Virus record (IMG/VR): IMGVR_UViG_2923088545_000001
Span: 40-64,039 of that record
DNA: 64,000 nucleotides
Strand: one strand, 5' to 3'
Origin: a virus
Taxonomy: Duplodnaviria > Caudoviricetes
The translations under genes were made by a program, and so were the position numbers. The notes under the pieces were generated by a model, which was given only the letters and a program-made list of their open reading frames with translations, searched no databases and had not been told where the DNA came from. Of this stretch, positions 16,807 to 27,417 are shown one piece after another (position 1 is the first letter of the stretch; each line of letters opens with the position of its first letter).

Positions 16807-19620
16807 GTGGAAATCAAGCCGTTAAAACTAAACGTAAATGCGGGTAAGTCGGCGCCGGCGACCGAAGTTGCTAAACGTAAGCAAGCGGCCAAGTCAGAGG
16901 AAACGTTAGACGAAGCATTCGATCGCTTGAAGAGAACGTGTAAATTCTCCGATAAAGAACGTCGCGAATTTGAAGCGGCATGGCGAGCCCAGAAAGACGG
17001 TGAGCTAGTACGTACTAAAAATACGAAGCTGACTAAAACTGAAGCATGCGCAATCGGACGCCGTCATCTTGAAAAAGAAAACGAATCTTTGCGACACGAG
17101 CGTATGCAGGAGACGCTAAGAACGAAGCCCGATAACTATTACGTTATTACTAAAGACGAAGAACTAGCGCCTATGATCGAGCGATTACGAGCCGAAGTTC
17201 GGGCGCAGCAACTAGATCCGTGGTTCCGAAAAGTATTCGATCTATTCAACAATACGCATATTCGCGGCAAATTAGCCGAGCGCGGTATCGAAATTCCCTT
17301 GGCCGTTTCATTTACGGAATGGGATACGGAGACATCCGGTACAGATACGTTTATGGATATGTCGGGCGGCTATTCGTTTTGGCTTCCGTGTTTAAACGAA
17401 GGCTACTACGTCGCGTACGGCCATTTAACCGAAGATGAACAATGTACACGGTCAGCCGCACTCGATATTTGCCGAGTATTTATCGAAGACGCGCGGCATA
17501 TCAAAGCGTTTCACAATACGCCCTTTGACTACGCGATGTTCTTGAATGACGGGCTGAAACCGAAAGGATTCCGATACGATTCGCTAGATGCCGCGCGATT
17601 AATGAACGAACATGAGCCGTCGTTTGGCCTTAAGGAATTAGATACGAAATACAAAGAACATACGGGGACGACGCACTTAGACGGATACACTTTCGAGGAC
17701 CTGTTCGGAAAAGGTTCTCCGATGATTTATTCGCCTGAGATTGTCGGCATTTATGCGATAAAGGACGTTGAAAAAGGTTGGTACCTAACGCGCTGGCAGA
17801 TCGACATGATGTTGAAAATAGACGATTTATACTATCCGTACTTTGAGATCCGTCAATATCTATACGAGGTTAACACGACGATCGAGCGAACTGGCTTCGT
17901 AATCGATGACGCTGAATTATTGCGCCTCAGATCGGAGTATGAACCGCAGTTACAGAAAGCGATAGATGATATTAACGAAGCATACGGAATCGATGCCGAG
18001 TTCTTACGTTCAATGTCAATGCACATAAAAGGAGATAAAATCCGAGCATGGCAAGAAAACCGCGAAAAGAAAATTGCGAAACAGAAAGATATGCTTGCGA
18101 AATGTGAGGCGGAACTACAGAAAGCGAACCCGTCAACTAAGAAATATACGCAGCTTAAGGAACGTATCCGGAAATATAAGACGGAGCCACTTGCGCCTGC
18201 TATTCCGGAGAATGCACCCGATTTCATACACGAATTCAACTTAGATTCCGACCAACACCTACAGTATTTAATCTACGATGTTCTCGGAATTGAAGATAGG
18301 ACGAAAATTATCGACAAAAAGAAAACGCGCGCCGTAAGTAAGGACGTTCTCGCGCTGTATTTTAAAGAAGACGAGAGGCTAAAACCACTTGCGACATTTT
18401 CGGAACTATCTACGTTATTAGGAACGTTCATCAATCGAATTCCTAACGTTAAGGACGTAGATGGGCGTCTTCATACGCAATTACAAACTGTATCAACAGG
18501 GCGCTACAGTTCGAAAAAGTACACCGGAAAAGATAACGAGATTTACAGAAACGATATCAACGATAAGAATTTTCTCGAATACATGCGTCTATTAGTAGAT
18601 GCGCCAAAGAAGACGGAAAAGGGGCGGAACATCCAAAACATCCCGTCGCGAACTGAAAGAGGCCAGCGCGTGCGAATGGCATTTAAGCCACCGGAAGGCT
18701 ATACGTTCATTGGCTCAGATTTATCGTCAATTGAGCCGAGAATCCAAGCGCATAGAATGGCGACCGAATTTAACGATGAGATATTTGCGGATATGTACCG
18801 CAGGGGGCTAGATCCTTACGTTGAGTTCGCTTCTATCTTATTCGATGTCCCACGTGAAATCTGTACGGAGGACTATTACAAATCCGTAAAAGGTACCAAC
18901 GATTCCGTACCGGCCTATCGTAAAGCTATGAAGCAAATGTTTCTCGCGATCGGATACGGTCAAGCATTCGATATGTTCTATAAGGGCGTTATACCGTTCG
19001 GGATCGGTAAGGATCAGGCCCGAGTTGCTTACGAGAAGTTTGACGAGATTCTACCGGGATTTAAAGGAATGGTCGAGTCTACTTTCGAGCACCTACGCAA
19101 GCATGGTTGGACTGCGACGATCTTCAAACAGAAACGACGCTTCCCAGGCTATGTCGAAAAGTACAAACGGCTTTGCCAACTGATGCGCAAATGCGGCATT
19201 ACGGATAAGAACGACCCGGATCTTGGCAAGAAAACGAATAAACTGCGATGGGAAGATCGATCGGAGTTTTGGGATTTAATGCGATTTACTGGCGGATGCG
19301 AACGCGCTGCATTTAACCACACGATTCAAGGATCGGGCGCGAACATATTACAGATGTGTATGATACGCGTTTATTACGAGTGTGTTTTAGAGCGCGGCTG
19401 GGAGTTCCCATTGACGCTTCACGACGAATTGAAGACGGCTACTCCAAACGATCAACTAACGGAAGAAGCAGTCGAGCTATTTGACGATATCATGACGAAT
19501 ACATTTACGCTCGTACTTCCGTTAGGTTGTGACACGGTAATTGAGCCGTGTTGGATGGACGAATACAGTCCGGATGATTGGGACTTCGAGAATTGTAAAC
19601 CTAAAAAAGGACGTGATTAA
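16807..19620 (+). CDS. polA: Family A DNA polymerase with 3'-5' exonuclease
   Basis: DTETSG exo I; motif A DLSSIEPR, motif B KQMFLAIGYG, motif C LHDE. Confidence 0.95.
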   Translation: MEIKPLKLNVNAGKSAPATEVAKRKQAAKSEETLDEAFDRLKRTCKFSDKERREFEAAWRAQKDGELVRTKNTKLTKTEACAIGRRHLEKENESLRHERMQETLRTKPDNYYVITKDEELAPMIERLRAEVRAQQLDPWFRKVFDLFNNTHIRGKLAERGIEIPLAVSFTEWDTETSGTDTFMDMSGGYSFWLPCLNEGYYVAYGHLTEDEQCTRSAALDICRVFIEDARHIKAFHNTPFDYAMFLNDGLKPKGFRYDSLDAARLMNEHEPSFGLKELDTKYKEHTGTTHLDGYTFEDLFGKGSPMIYSPEIVGIYAIKDVEKGWYLTRWQIDMMLKIDDLYYPYFEIRQYLYEVNTTIERTGFVIDDAELLRLRSEYEPQLQKAIDDINEAYGIDAEFLRSMSMHIKGDKIRAWQENREKKIAKQKDMLAKCEAELQKANPSTKKYTQLKERIRKYKTEPLAPAIPENAPDFIHEFNLDSDQHLQYLIYDVLGIEDRTKIIDKKKTRAVSKDVLALYFKEDERLKPLATFSELSTLLGTFINRIPNVKDVDGRLHTQLQTVSTGRYSSKKYTGKDNEIYRNDINDKNFLEYMRLLVDAPKKTEKGRNIQNIPSRTERGQRVRMAFKPPEGYTFIGSDLSSIEPRIQAHRMATEFNDEIFADMYRRGLDPYVEFASILFDVPREICTEDYYKSVKGTNDSVPAYRKAMKQMFLAIGYGQAFDMFYKGVIPFGIGKDQARVAYEKFDEILPGFKGMVESTFEHLRKHGWTATIFKQKRRFPGYVEKYKRLCQLMRKCGITDKNDPDLGKKTNKLRWEDRSEFWDLMRFTGGCERAAFNHTIQGSGANILQMCMIRVYYECVLERGWEFPLTLHDELKTATPNDQLTEEAVELFDDIMTNTFTLVLPLGCDTVIEPCWMDEYSPDDWDFENCKPKKGRD

Positions 19621-20670
19621 TTGACGGTAGACAAACGAAAATTAGCGGCTCAATTACTTAGTAACGACGGTTCTTCCGAGCCATCATTTGCGCAATCAAT
19701 CGCGGATGAACTCGTATCGTATCTTAACGAATGGCACTCGCTGCCTGAAACGTGGGATAACGACCTAACCGCAGATATTCACAGATGGTATTCGGAAGCG
19801 CCAAACGTATTTCCGAAGCGTCCGTATTTCTCGCCATCGGCAGCAAACGCATGCCCGAGAGAACTATACCACAAGGCACTAAACGCGAAAAAGGATGTCG
19901 AAGCCAAGCCGCCATATCAAGGACGATGGACGCGCCTGGGAACGGCAATCGGCGACATGATCCAGCGCGATATCTTATTTATGGCGAAACACTTCGGCAA
20001 GAAGACCGGCCGCGTGTGTCCGTTTGACTTCGAACGCAACGAAGACGGAACGCCGGTATTCGAGGACTTTGCCAAACGCAATCACAAGATCGAGCGCGGC
20101 GGGCAGACGTTCTACTTATACGGGACTTGCGACGGTATTCTGCGATACGTGACGGCAGATGGCGAAATCTTACGGGTCGGACTCGAAATCAAGTCGAAGC
20201 AAACAACCGCAGCAAAGACCTCGCTACATTCGATGCGAGAACCGGAGGCAAAGCACGTAGCACAATGCGTGACATACGGACCGATGTATGGCGTCGATTA
20301 TTACGTCATTCTCTACGTCAACGCGTCCAAGAAGTCGTGGATCTATCCGGAAGGCGAGTTCGATAAGTCGCCGGACATCCGAGCGTTTGGTATCGAAATT
20401 AAGGCGCACGACATCGACGCGATTCTTGATAGATTTGTAGACATCCGAAATGCGGTCGATGAGGGAACGCCGCCGGCGCTTGATCTCGGAGCATGGACGT
20501 TCAACAACTATAAAACTACGATTGCTAAGTCGCTGACGGACGAGGAACTACAAACCATCCGCGAAAAAGTAGCGCAGGTTCGCAGATCGGGAATGTACGC
20601 AAGCACCAAGCAGCAGTACGCGGAAGCACTTGCGTTTATCGAGAGGGTTAGAGAAGGGGAGGCGGTTTGA
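19621..20670 (+). CDS. PD-(D/E)XK exonuclease (Cas4/lambda-exo-like)
   Basis: SPSAANACPRELY; GTCDG...LEIKSK; AQCVTY. Confidence 0.75.
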   Translation: MTVDKRKLAAQLLSNDGSSEPSFAQSIADELVSYLNEWHSLPETWDNDLTADIHRWYSEAPNVFPKRPYFSPSAANACPRELYHKALNAKKDVEAKPPYQGRWTRLGTAIGDMIQRDILFMAKHFGKKTGRVCPFDFERNEDGTPVFEDFAKRNHKIERGGQTFYLYGTCDGILRYVTADGEILRVGLEIKSKQTTAAKTSLHSMREPEAKHVAQCVTYGPMYGVDYYVILYVNASKKSWIYPEGEFDKSPDIRAFGIEIKAHDIDAILDRFVDIRNAVDEGTPPALDLGAWTFNNYKTTIAKSLTDEELQTIREKVAQVRRSGMYASTKQQYAEALAFIERVREGEAV

Positions 20671-20924
20671 TGTCGTTTAAACTTATCAGAGTTCGGAGTA
20701 TAGGAAATAAAGAGGTGCCTGAGTGGAAGAAAAGCTTCACGGGTGAATTATGCCGTATCGGAAACGTTCGTTTGGGTAGGCGCCTAGTAGTCGATTTTCC
20801 AAACGTAGACATGCATCTTGTCACTACCGAAATAGACGCATACAACTCCGACTGGAGGGAGAGTAACAGTTTAATCGTGCAAACCCAAAATACAGTTTAC
20901 GTGTTCTCGAAGGAGGCGGTTTGA
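20667..20924 (+). CDS. Phage hypothetical protein
   Basis: GGAGG RBS; overlap coupling. Confidence 0.65.
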   Translation: MMSFKLIRVRSIGNKEVPEWKKSFTGELCRIGNVRLGRRLVVDFPNVDMHLVTTEIDAYNSDWRESNSLIVQTQNTVYVFSKEAV

Positions 20925-21121
20925 TGACGGTAGATGACGTTCAGAAACGCGTTGAGGCTATCCGACAAGCAGCCTTCGATGACGAGACGGCTCACGGCAT
21001 GGAAGACGAATTGTATACGGAGGTTTTAAAGGCAATCGCAAATGGTGCAGATAACCCGGAAAAACTTGCGGCAGAGGCGTTAAAGACGGAGAAAATCGAG
21101 TTCAGTCGGTGGTATTCGTGA
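20921..21121 (+). CDS. Phage hypothetical protein
   Basis: AAGGAGG RBS. Confidence 0.7.
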   Translation: MMTVDDVQKRVEAIRQAAFDDETAHGMEDELYTEVLKAIANGADNPEKLAAEALKTEKIEFSRWYS

Positions 21122-21654
21122 CCGCCGCCAAGTCTATCCGCATCCTTGCGCTAGACATATCAACGAATCCAGGCTTCGCAGTCCTCGAAGTTAAGCGCCT
21201 AAAGTCAGGACCGCGTATCAATCTCATTCACGTAACGTCTGTCAGCACGTCAAGCCAATCGCCGGATAGCCATCGTTACTCTTATATCGAAGCCGCAACG
21301 ACGATGGTTCTGCATGAATACGGACCGTTTGACGTAGTTGTCCGCGAACATTTCACGGGTGGTCGAAATAAGAGATCGACGCAAACAGTGTTCGGAGCAT
21401 GGGCGGTCATTGATACGGCGCTTGGTAAATACGGGTACAAGGTCGACGAAGAGATACAGCCGACCGCAGTTAAGCGGGATGTGACCGGAAAAGGCAGCGC
21501 AACAAAGGACGAAGTAGAGGCGGGTGTAAGGCGCATGCTTGCGTTACCGGATGACTTTACGTTTCGTACGGATGATGAATCGGATGCGGTGGCGGTTGGG
21601 CTTTCGTATCTAGTTCGTGAAGGTGTAATTGAGAAGCCGAAAGGGGCGGGTTAG
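21118..21654 (+). CDS. RuvC-like Holliday junction resolvase
   Basis: ILALDISTNPG, VVRE, PTAVKRDVTGKGSATKDEV, DDESDAVAVG. Confidence 0.88.
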   Translation: MTAAKSIRILALDISTNPGFAVLEVKRLKSGPRINLIHVTSVSTSSQSPDSHRYSYIEAATTMVLHEYGPFDVVVREHFTGGRNKRSTQTVFGAWAVIDTALGKYGYKVDEEIQPTAVKRDVTGKGSATKDEVEAGVRRMLALPDDFTFRTDDESDAVAVGLSYLVREGVIEKPKGAG

Positions 21655-21953
21655 ATGCGTGTAGAGATTAACGTTGCTAACGGAAGCGGTCGCAAGTGGA
21701 TTGACGAACAGCACTACGTTGATATGTCGAGCTACGCAACGAAATGGACGGTCACGCTAAACTTCTCCGCGTGGAAGAAAGGCGAGGCGGCTTCGATCGG
21801 TTTCTATGACCGTAAGTACTTTTCGTGGCAGCGTATCTTTCCGCATAGATCGCCTGGAAGATTGCGAAGATACAATTACGGAGTCATGTACGGAATTTGA
21901 ATCGAGAGTTAAAGAAACGCGGTCATGACCTTACTTTAGAAATGAAAATATAG
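21655..21953 (+). pseudogene. Hypothetical gene with probable 1-nt frameshift near 21847
   Basis: Annotated ORF stops at 21900, but another frame continues IAWKIAKIQLRSHVRNLNRELKKRGHDLTLEMKI* to a stop inside the next RBS. Confidence 0.45.
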
Positions 21954-21965
21954 GAGGCGGAATAG

Positions 21966-22475
21966 ATGGGGATTATTGCACTGTCACTACTGGTTGCTGC
22001 AATTGTCGCGATTGTAGTGATTAAGGACACGTACGGGTATGTTGAGTTTTTCGATGTTCTACTTGGTATTTTTATGGGAATTTTAATTGGCGCCGTTGTG
22101 TTTGTATTTGCAGCTATACCATCGTTTTTTATCGAAACGGAAACAGTTGATCCGAATAAAACGGAGATTTACTCGATTAAAGATAACGCTAAGACGAGTG
22201 GAAGTTTCGTACTGGGAACCGGAACAGTTGACGAGAATCAGTATTTTTATTTCGTAGAGGGAAAAGCCGGATTTAAAACGATCAGCAAAGCGTCAGTTGA
22301 AGATTCGAAGATGAAGGAAGGTTCTTACGAAAAGCCCTACGTTCTCACTTATGACGTCCAGTATAAATCGGCTATTGCACGATTCTTCTACGGCAAGAGC
22401 ACGGGTAAAAACGCGTACGAATTTTACTTACCGGAAGACACGATTACGACCGACTATAAAATCGATATGGAGTGA
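21966..22475 (+). CDS. Membrane protein (2 TM plus soluble domain)
   Basis: Two hydrophobic N-terminal segments; AGGAGG RBS. Confidence 0.75.
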   Translation: MGIIALSLLVAAIVAIVVIKDTYGYVEFFDVLLGIFMGILIGAVVFVFAAIPSFFIETETVDPNKTEIYSIKDNAKTSGSFVLGTGTVDENQYFYFVEGKAGFKTISKASVEDSKMKEGSYEKPYVLTYDVQYKSAIARFFYGKSTGKNAYEFYLPEDTITTDYKIDME

Positions 22476-22825
22476 TTCGGATGGATAAAGCGATGGCTTA
22501 CATCGACAAATTGGCCGCAAAGCTCGGAGTGGCGGCGGAGCATGTTTACGGGGTGCTCGTTAAGCAGGCGGTAGCGAACGGAGTCGCAAACATACTTGCC
22601 GGAATAGGCCTCATAGCAATTGCGATTACTTACGTCCTTATCGTACTGCACTTACGCGATAGGTTTGATGTAAGCGCGTGGGCGGTCGTAGGGATTGTAG
22701 CTGTCCTCACGGTTGTGACTCCGGTGTTTGCCGGATTCCCGATACTATCCGAAGGAATCAAAGCGGTTATCAACCCGGAATACTACGCAATCAAAGAAAT
22801 CCTCGACACGATCGGAGGTAAATGA
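22472..22825 (+). CDS. Membrane protein
   Basis: MDKAMAYIDKLAAKLGVAAEHVY plus 2 TM. Confidence 0.75.
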   Translation: MIRMDKAMAYIDKLAAKLGVAAEHVYGVLVKQAVANGVANILAGIGLIAIAITYVLIVLHLRDRFDVSAWAVVGIVAVLTVVTPVFAGFPILSEGIKAVINPEYYAIKEILDTIGGK

Positions 22826-23031
22826 CGATGGAATACGGAGATATTTTCGTAGCACCAATCGCAAATTTACTCGACATGAAGCGGCGCCTTGAATCGGATT
22901 TAGGCGACCATGAATACGCACTCATGCGACTAGAACTAAAGCGTACCGAAACGGAAATCGAGCGTGACCGGACGGCGGCTAGGATTGCGGAATTAGAAGC
23001 GGAAATTGAACGGAGAGGTGGGCGCGGATGA
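22822..23031 (+). CDS. Coiled-coil hypothetical protein
   Basis: GGAGG RBS; overlap coupling. Confidence 0.65.
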   Translation: MTMEYGDIFVAPIANLLDMKRRLESDLGDHEYALMRLELKRTETEIERDRTAARIAELEAEIERRGGRG

Positions 23032-23201
23032 GAAAATACGAAGATATTGAATCGGAACTTTTCGAATTATACGACTTGGTTGAGGTTACCGAAAATAAAA
23101 TCGACGACTTAGAAGGCGAGCTCAACTACCTGAACGAAAAAGTCGATGCTCTCGAATCTGAATTGGCGGCAATGGATGTTGAGGCGGGTGAGGACGAATG
23201 A
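23028..23201 (+). CDS. Acidic coiled-coil small protein (57 aa)
   Basis: GAGGTG RBS; ATGA overlaps at both ends. Confidence 0.6.
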   Translation: MRKYEDIESELFELYDLVEVTENKIDDLEGELNYLNEKVDALESELAAMDVEAGEDE

Positions 23202-23362
23202 TTACGTACGTTGCGCTTTTCAGTCTCGCAATCCTCATCATTTTTGTAGGCGGCACAAAGGCGAAGACGTTCGAAGAAATCACGACGAAAATCGCCGGCC
23301 TCGTCTTGTTGATTATTCCGACTGCGGTGCTTTTAGCGTACGCGACCGGGGTTCAGCCGTGA
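23198..23362 (+). CDS. Small membrane protein (54 aa)
   Basis: Two hydrophobic stretches; coupled to nrdI. Confidence 0.55.
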   Translation: MITYVALFSLAILIIFVGGTKAKTFEEITTKIAGLVLLIIPTAVLLAYATGVQP

Positions 23363-23715
23363 TCATATATTTCTATTCGCTGACGGGAAACGTACGGCGG
23401 TTCATCGCAAAGACCGGACTAGGCGGCCAGGCACGCGAAGTCAAGACGGGCGAGGTCGTTGAGGAACCGTTCGTGTTGGTAACACCGACTTACGACTTCG
23501 GCCAGCCGCCCGCAACGGTAAGCGAATGGCTTAAGGATAACGGCGATTGGATGGTCGGTGTAATGGCGTCGGGAAATCGTAATTGGGGAGACGGCTTTGG
23601 CGCGGCTGCTGACGTTATTGCGACGCTTTATGACGTGCCGGTGATCGGCAAATTCGAATTAGCAGGGACGGAAGAGGACGTAAAACAATTCACGGAAAGG
23701 GTGAAGGCGCTTTGA
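23359..23715 (+). CDS. nrdI: Flavodoxin-like class Ib RNR maturation protein
   Basis: YSLTGNVRRF, VTPTYDFG, ASGNRNWG, KFELAG. Confidence 0.92.
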   Translation: MIIYFYSLTGNVRRFIAKTGLGGQAREVKTGEVVEEPFVLVTPTYDFGQPPATVSEWLKDNGDWMVGVMASGNRNWGDGFGAAADVIATLYDVPVIGKFELAGTEEDVKQFTERVKAL

Positions 23716-25799
23716 AGCGACACATCGAGTTAAATAACGAAATTATGATTCAAAAAGACGGGCGGTTTCAATTCGAGAAAGACGAAGAGGCCGTCCGTGC
23801 TTATTTTATAGACTACGTAAATCAAAACACCGTATTTTTCCACGATTTAAAAGAAAAGCTCGACTATCTACGCGATAACGATTACTACGAGACGGAGTTC
23901 CTAGACGCTTATACATTCGAGGAAATCAAAGCGGTCTATAAAACGGCTTATGCCGCCAAGTTCCGATTCCCTTCGTTCATGAGCGCATTTAAGTTTTACA
24001 ATGACTACGCGCTGAAGACGAACGATCGCAAAAAGATTCTCGAACGCTACGAAGATCGTATCGCATGCTGTGCGCTGTACTTCGGAAAAGGTGACGGGGT
24101 CAAGGCGATCGAGTTTGCGCAGCTAATGATCCGCCAAGAGTACCAGCCGGCGACTCCTACGTTCTTAAATGCTGGACGTAAACGCAGAGGCGAAATGGTA
24201 TCGTGCTTCCTGCTCGAAGTAGGCGATTCTTTAAACGATATCAACATGATGAATTCGACGGTACGCCAGTTATCGAAAATCGGCGGAGGAATCTCCGTAA
24301 ATCTATCAAAGACTCGCGCAAAAGGTGAATCGCTTATGGATTATGAGGGCGTGACTAGCGGAGTAGTCCCGATCATGCGAAACCTCGATCAATCATTGCG
24401 CCACATCAACCAAGCCGGACAACGGAGCGGTGCAGGCGCAGCGTATCTAAACGTATTCCACGCGGATATAAACGATTTCCTAGATACGAAGAAAATCTCG
24501 GCAGATGAAGACGTCCGAGTCAAAACGTTATCGATCGGCGTCGTTGTGCCTGATAAATTCATCGAACTAGCGCGAGAAGATCGTCCAGCCTATGTATTCT
24601 ACCCGCACACGGTCTACAAAGCATACGGCGTGCATCTAGACGAAATGGATATCGGTAAAATGTACGATGAACTCGTAAATAATCCGGCAGTTCGTAAAGA
24701 ACGGGTTAACCCGCGCCAGCTACTCGAAAAGATGGCGGTGCTGCGCTCCGAGTCGGGGTATCCTTATCTAATGTTTCAAGACAACGTTAACCGAGAGCAT
24801 GCGCTTAATCATATCAGTCGCGTTAAATTCTCGAATCTCTGTTCAGAAATTTGTCAAGCGTCAACCGTCTCGGAATATACCGACTATGGAGAACCGGACG
24901 ACATCGGCTTAGACATTTCGTGTAATCTCGGCTCTCTTAATATCGCGAATGTAATGGCGGGTGGATCAATCGAGAACGCCGTCAAATTGGCCGTCGATGC
25001 GCTTACGGTTGTCTCAGAATCTACGAATATTAAAAACGCGCCGGCCGTCGCAAAGGCTAACCACGAGATGCGATCTATCGGACTTGGCGCAATGAACCTA
25101 CACGGTTATCTAGCGCAGAATGGCATCGCATACGAATCGGAAGAAGCGCGTGACTTTGCTAACGTATTCTTCGCGACGGTCAATTACTGGTCGTTGGTGC
25201 GCTCGAATGAATTGGCGCAGGAAACGGGATCAACATTTGAAGGATACGAAGGATCAACGTATGCAAGCGGGGAGTATTTCGAGAAGTATTTCGAAGGGGA
25301 TTACCGACCAAAAACGGATAAAGTACGGGCGCTGTTTAAAGACATCGTGATTCCGACGCCTCTCGAATGGGAAGTCTTACGTGACAACGTAAGTATGCAC
25401 GGCCTTTACCACGCCTATAGACTTGCGATTGCGCCTAACGGATCTATTTCGTACGTGCAGTCGGCTACGGCTTCAGTCATGCCGATTATGGAGCGTATTG
25501 AGGAACGGACTTACGGAAACTCGAAGACGTACTACCCAATGCCGGGATTATCGCCGCAAAACTGGTTCTTTTATAAGGAAGCGTACGACATGGATATGTT
25601 TAAGGTCGTCGATATGATCGCAACAATTCAGCAGCACGTCGATCAAGGCATCTCATTTACGCTGTTCTTAAAAGATACGATGACGACGCGTGATCTGAAT
25701 CAGATTGATCTATACGCGCACCACAAGGGAATCAAGACGCTTTATTATGCGCGCACTAAAGATACGGGGCAGGAAGGGTGCTTAAGTTGCGCTGTCTGA
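23712..25799 (+). CDS. nrdE: Class Ib ribonucleotide reductase alpha subunit
   Basis: PATPTFLNAG, VSCFLL, SNLCSEI, APNGSIS, C-terminal CLSC. Confidence 0.97.
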   Translation: MKRHIELNNEIMIQKDGRFQFEKDEEAVRAYFIDYVNQNTVFFHDLKEKLDYLRDNDYYETEFLDAYTFEEIKAVYKTAYAAKFRFPSFMSAFKFYNDYALKTNDRKKILERYEDRIACCALYFGKGDGVKAIEFAQLMIRQEYQPATPTFLNAGRKRRGEMVSCFLLEVGDSLNDINMMNSTVRQLSKIGGGISVNLSKTRAKGESLMDYEGVTSGVVPIMRNLDQSLRHINQAGQRSGAGAAYLNVFHADINDFLDTKKISADEDVRVKTLSIGVVVPDKFIELAREDRPAYVFYPHTVYKAYGVHLDEMDIGKMYDELVNNPAVRKERVNPRQLLEKMAVLRSESGYPYLMFQDNVNREHALNHISRVKFSNLCSEICQASTVSEYTDYGEPDDIGLDISCNLGSLNIANVMAGGSIENAVKLAVDALTVVSESTNIKNAPAVAKANHEMRSIGLGAMNLHGYLAQNGIAYESEEARDFANVFFATVNYWSLVRSNELAQETGSTFEGYEGSTYASGEYFEKYFEGDYRPKTDKVRALFKDIVIPTPLEWEVLRDNVSMHGLYHAYRLAIAPNGSISYVQSATASVMPIMERIEERTYGNSKTYYPMPGLSPQNWFFYKEAYDMDMFKVVDMIATIQQHVDQGISFTLFLKDTMTTRDLNQIDLYAHHKGIKTLYYARTKDTGQEGCLSCAV

Positions 25800-26111
25800 G
25801 AAGTAATTTACCATCTCGTTGTAAGAAGGCGCTTTTTTGTATGTGAATATCCCGTTGTCATTTGCAATCTCTACTTCTTCCCAAGGGATTTCGCCGAACT
25901 TCTGCGCAATTGTCATTGGGTCGCCGCTTACCGGAAACGTGAACCCGATCCCCTTCTCTTTTGTGATCGCAATGTACGCTTTGTTTGACAGCGGACTATA
26001 TATCATTGTGACCGCATGTTGGTTCTTTTGGATCGCGTCCGAACTAATAGCAGGCGGATATAAAAAAGTGTAATTACAGGGTGTAGTGGCTGGAAATGCA
26101 TTTGTAATCAT
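25782..26111 (-). CDS. Antisense accessory (moron-like) protein between nrdE and nrdF
   Basis: Own TG-TATAAT promoter (~26153-26161); GGAG RBS before ATG 26111. Confidence 0.6.
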   Translation of the reverse strand: MITNAFPATTPCNYTFLYPPAISSDAIQKNQHAVTMIYSPLSNKAYIAITKEKGIGFTFPVSGDPMTIAQKFGEIPWEEVEIANDNGIFTYKKAPSYNEMVNYFSDSAT

Positions 26112-26207
26112 CAATACCAACTCCAATTCCAAGATTAGTTAATACCTGAGAACATTATACAACTTTGTTTATTTTGTTTAAACCAAAAAAAAAGGGAGGA
26201 CGAATAA

Positions 26208-27182
26208 TTGACGACATTCACAGCGGCCAACTGGTCGCAATCAGACGATAATTTCACGGCCATGTTCTACGATCAGAACGTCAAGCAGTTTTGGCTACCG
26301 GAGGAGATTTCGCTAAATGGCGACCTCCTCGCGTGGCACGAACTGAAGCCAGCCGAACGCGATACGTATATGAAAGTGCTCGCCGGCCTCACGCTGCTAG
26401 ATACGGAGCAAGGCAATACCGGCATGCCTGCGATCATGGCGCACGTAGACGGTCACCAACGCAAGGCCGTCCTTAATTTCATGGCGATGATGGAGAACGC
26501 GGTGCACGCGAAGTCCTATTCGAATATCTTTTTAACGCTTGCGCCTTCGGAAACTATTACGGCCGTTTTCGAATGGGTTAAAGAAAACCGTTATTTGCAG
26601 CGCAAAGCGAAGCTGATCACCGACCTTTATCGCGGTATTAAGGAAGGCGACGACATTTCGTTGTACAAAGCGATGGTGGCTTCGGTGTACCTCGAAAGTT
26701 TCCTATTCTACAGCGGCTTTTACTATCCGTTGTATTTCTACGGGCAGGGGCGCATGATGCAGAGCGGCGAGATTATCGGGCTTATCATTCGCGATGAAGC
26801 GATCCACGGCGTCTATGTCGGCTTGCTTGCGCAGGAAATTTATAATCGTCAAACGGACGACGTGAAGGCGGATGTTCACGAATGGGCGGTCGGGTTACTA
26901 GCGGAGCTTTACGAGAACGAAGTCGCATATACGGACGATGTGTATGGCGCGGTCGGCTTGGCGCATGACGTTAAGTCGTTTGTTCGATACAACGCGAATA
27001 AGGCACTTATGAACCTCGGCTTTGAGGCGTATTTTCCGGATGAACCGGTCAATCCGATCGTGATTAACGGGCTAAGTACGAAGACGAAATCGCATGACTT
27101 CTTCTCAATGCAAGGGAACGGATATAAAAAGGCGACGGTCGAGGCACTTAAAGACGAAGATTTTTATTTTCCTGCCGATTAA
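26208..27182 (+). CDS. nrdF: Class Ib ribonucleotide reductase beta subunit
   Basis: [34 protein letters not shown]. Confidence 0.97.
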   Translation: MTTFTAANWSQSDDNFTAMFYDQNVKQFWLPEEISLNGDLLAWHELKPAERDTYMKVLAGLTLLDTEQGNTGMPAIMAHVDGHQRKAVLNFMAMMENAVHAKSYSNIFLTLAPSETITAVFEWVKENRYLQRKAKLITDLYRGIKEGDDISLYKAMVASVYLESFLFYSGFYYPLYFYGQGRMMQSGEIIGLIIRDEAIHGVYVGLLAQEIYNRQTDDVKADVHEWAVGLLAELYENEVAYTDDVYGAVGLAHDVKSFVRYNANKALMNLGFEAYFPDEPVNPIVINGLSTKTKSHDFFSMQGNGYKKATVEALKDEDFYFPAD

Positions 27183-27215
27183 TGTCCCGATTTCCGGCGC
27201 CCACATGCGACTGTA
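27181..27215 (+). promoter_or_regulatory. Conserved bipartite motif, copy 3
   Basis: AATGTCCCGATT-TCCGGCGCC-CACATGCGACTGTA(TAAGTG). Confidence 0.75.
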
Positions 27216-27246
27216 TAAGTGAAAGCAAAACGAAGGAGCTGATCTT

Positions 27247-27417
27247 ATGCGACAGACGATTAACCGAGGCGCTTTAATTGCAGCGTCAATCGTTCCGGCC
27301 TTTTGGTACGCACATGCAGCGGGCTTTTGGTGGTTCGTGGCGGCGGGTGTGCCGTTCTTACTATACGTAATGACGCTGCCGTTTGAGGACGGTAAGAAGG
27401 CGGAGGAGGGCGAGTAA
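27247..27417 (+). CDS. Small membrane protein (56 aa)
   Basis: AAGGAG RBS; hydrophobic. Confidence 0.6.
   Translation: MRQTINRGALIAASIVPAFWYAHAAGFWWFVAAGVPFLLYVMTLPFEDGKKAEEGE

Noticed and set aside
16807-27182. Introns or inteins in polA, nrdE or nrdF
   Set aside because: ORFs are continuous, nrdE/nrdF are normal length, and no intein or intron-endonuclease signatures were seen
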